From the IMG/VR virus record IMGVR_UViG_3300047189_000028: a stretch of DNA of 64,000 bases, one strand, 5' to 3'. Below, in pieces: positions 63,752 to 64,000 of the stretch (positions are counted from its first letter, which is position 1; every line of letters begins with the position of its first letter). The translations under genes and the position numbers were made by a program. The notes beneath the pieces were generated by a model, which was given only the letters and a program-made list of their open reading frames with translations, had not been told where the DNA came from and ran no database searches. Origin of the DNA: a virus (lineage: Duplodnaviria; Heunggongvirae; Uroviricota; Caudoviricetes).

Positions 63752-63986
63752 TTTGTTCTCTTTTTTGTTTTGCCTTGATCAATGCCTCTTCCAGTTGCTC
63801 GACAGCACTAGGCCACGAACCATCAAGAATTGCTTGGTTTACATTTGCATCCATACCTTCGTTGCAATACTGTTCATAGAATTGTTCCATGAACTCTCTG
63901 TCAGCCGGCGCAGGGATCGCCGAAATGATTCGCATGTACGTGCGCCCCTGTGTGCAAATCTTACAATCGCAACGACCGGCCATCAC
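63738..63986 (-). CDS. hypothetical protein (82 aa)
   Basis: ORF track. Confidence 0.4.
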   Translation of the reverse strand: MMAGRCDCKICTQGRTYMRIISAIPAPADREFMEQFYEQYCNEGMDANVNQAILDGSWPSAVEQLEEALIKAKQKREQNGKR

Positions 63987-64000
63987 TTACTCATGTGTGG

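Noticed and set aside
1-64000. CRISPR arrays, integrase or transposase genes, rRNA.
   Set aside because: No spacer-repeat architecture. The GTGGGAT arrays have 4-5 bp spacers only. No recognisable tyrosine or serine recombinase or DDE motifs, apart from the weak HxxR..Y hint noted at 6252..6983.

Overview
This 64 kb window looks like an early-gene region of a large virulent dsDNA phage: it carries an rIIA/rIIB pair, an SF2 helicase, a DnaQ-like exonuclease, HNH and zinc-finger homing endonucleases, and no structural genes. It splits into three transcription blocks. Positions 1-15.8k and 30.0-64k are minus-strand genes driven by repeated sigma70-like promoters of the form TTGAC-N16/17-(TAGGG)TATAAT. 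The GC-rich block 16.0-29.6k is plus-strand and consists of very small genes with AGGAGA ribosome-binding sites, recurrent hairpin-RBS cassettes and a conserved 5' leader. An AT-rich iteron-like zone lies between the convergent blocks at 29.6-30.04k.

The most notable content is a dispersed 7-deazaguanine / purine-salvage gene set: two QueD/PTPS-like T-fold proteins, a QueE-like radical-SAM enzyme, a Gpt-like xanthine-guanine phosphoribosyltransferase, a deoxyribosyltransferase/DNPH1-like protein, a Nudix hydrolase and a TylF-like SAM methyltransferase. I read this as a possibly undescribed nucleotide-level (pre-replicative) 7-deazapurine DNA-modification route; that is inference from motifs only.

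Other features of interest:
- An AT-rich inserted island carrying a zinc-finger/Vsr-like homing endonuclease, a gamma-class N6-adenine methyltransferase and a convergent possible restriction endonuclease. It sits exactly at the queE start and is flanked by a diverged 42-nt queE 5' remnant.
- Helically phased GTGGGAT heptamer arrays at five loci, about 25 copies in total.
- A twice-occurring ~45-bp intergenic element.
- A promoter-driven structured non-coding region containing a tRNA 3'-half-like fragment.
- A membrane/periplasmic module: NfeD-like protein, SPFH protein, TAXI-family binding protein and a coiled-coil membrane protein.
- A phage PilZ-domain protein, an L7/L12 C-terminal-domain-like protein, an Ail/Lom-like outer-membrane protein, a SprT-like protease, a TraR/DksA zinc finger, a paralogous AT-hook protein family and several very acidic small proteins.

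All functional calls rest on motifs read by eye; no database search was possible.
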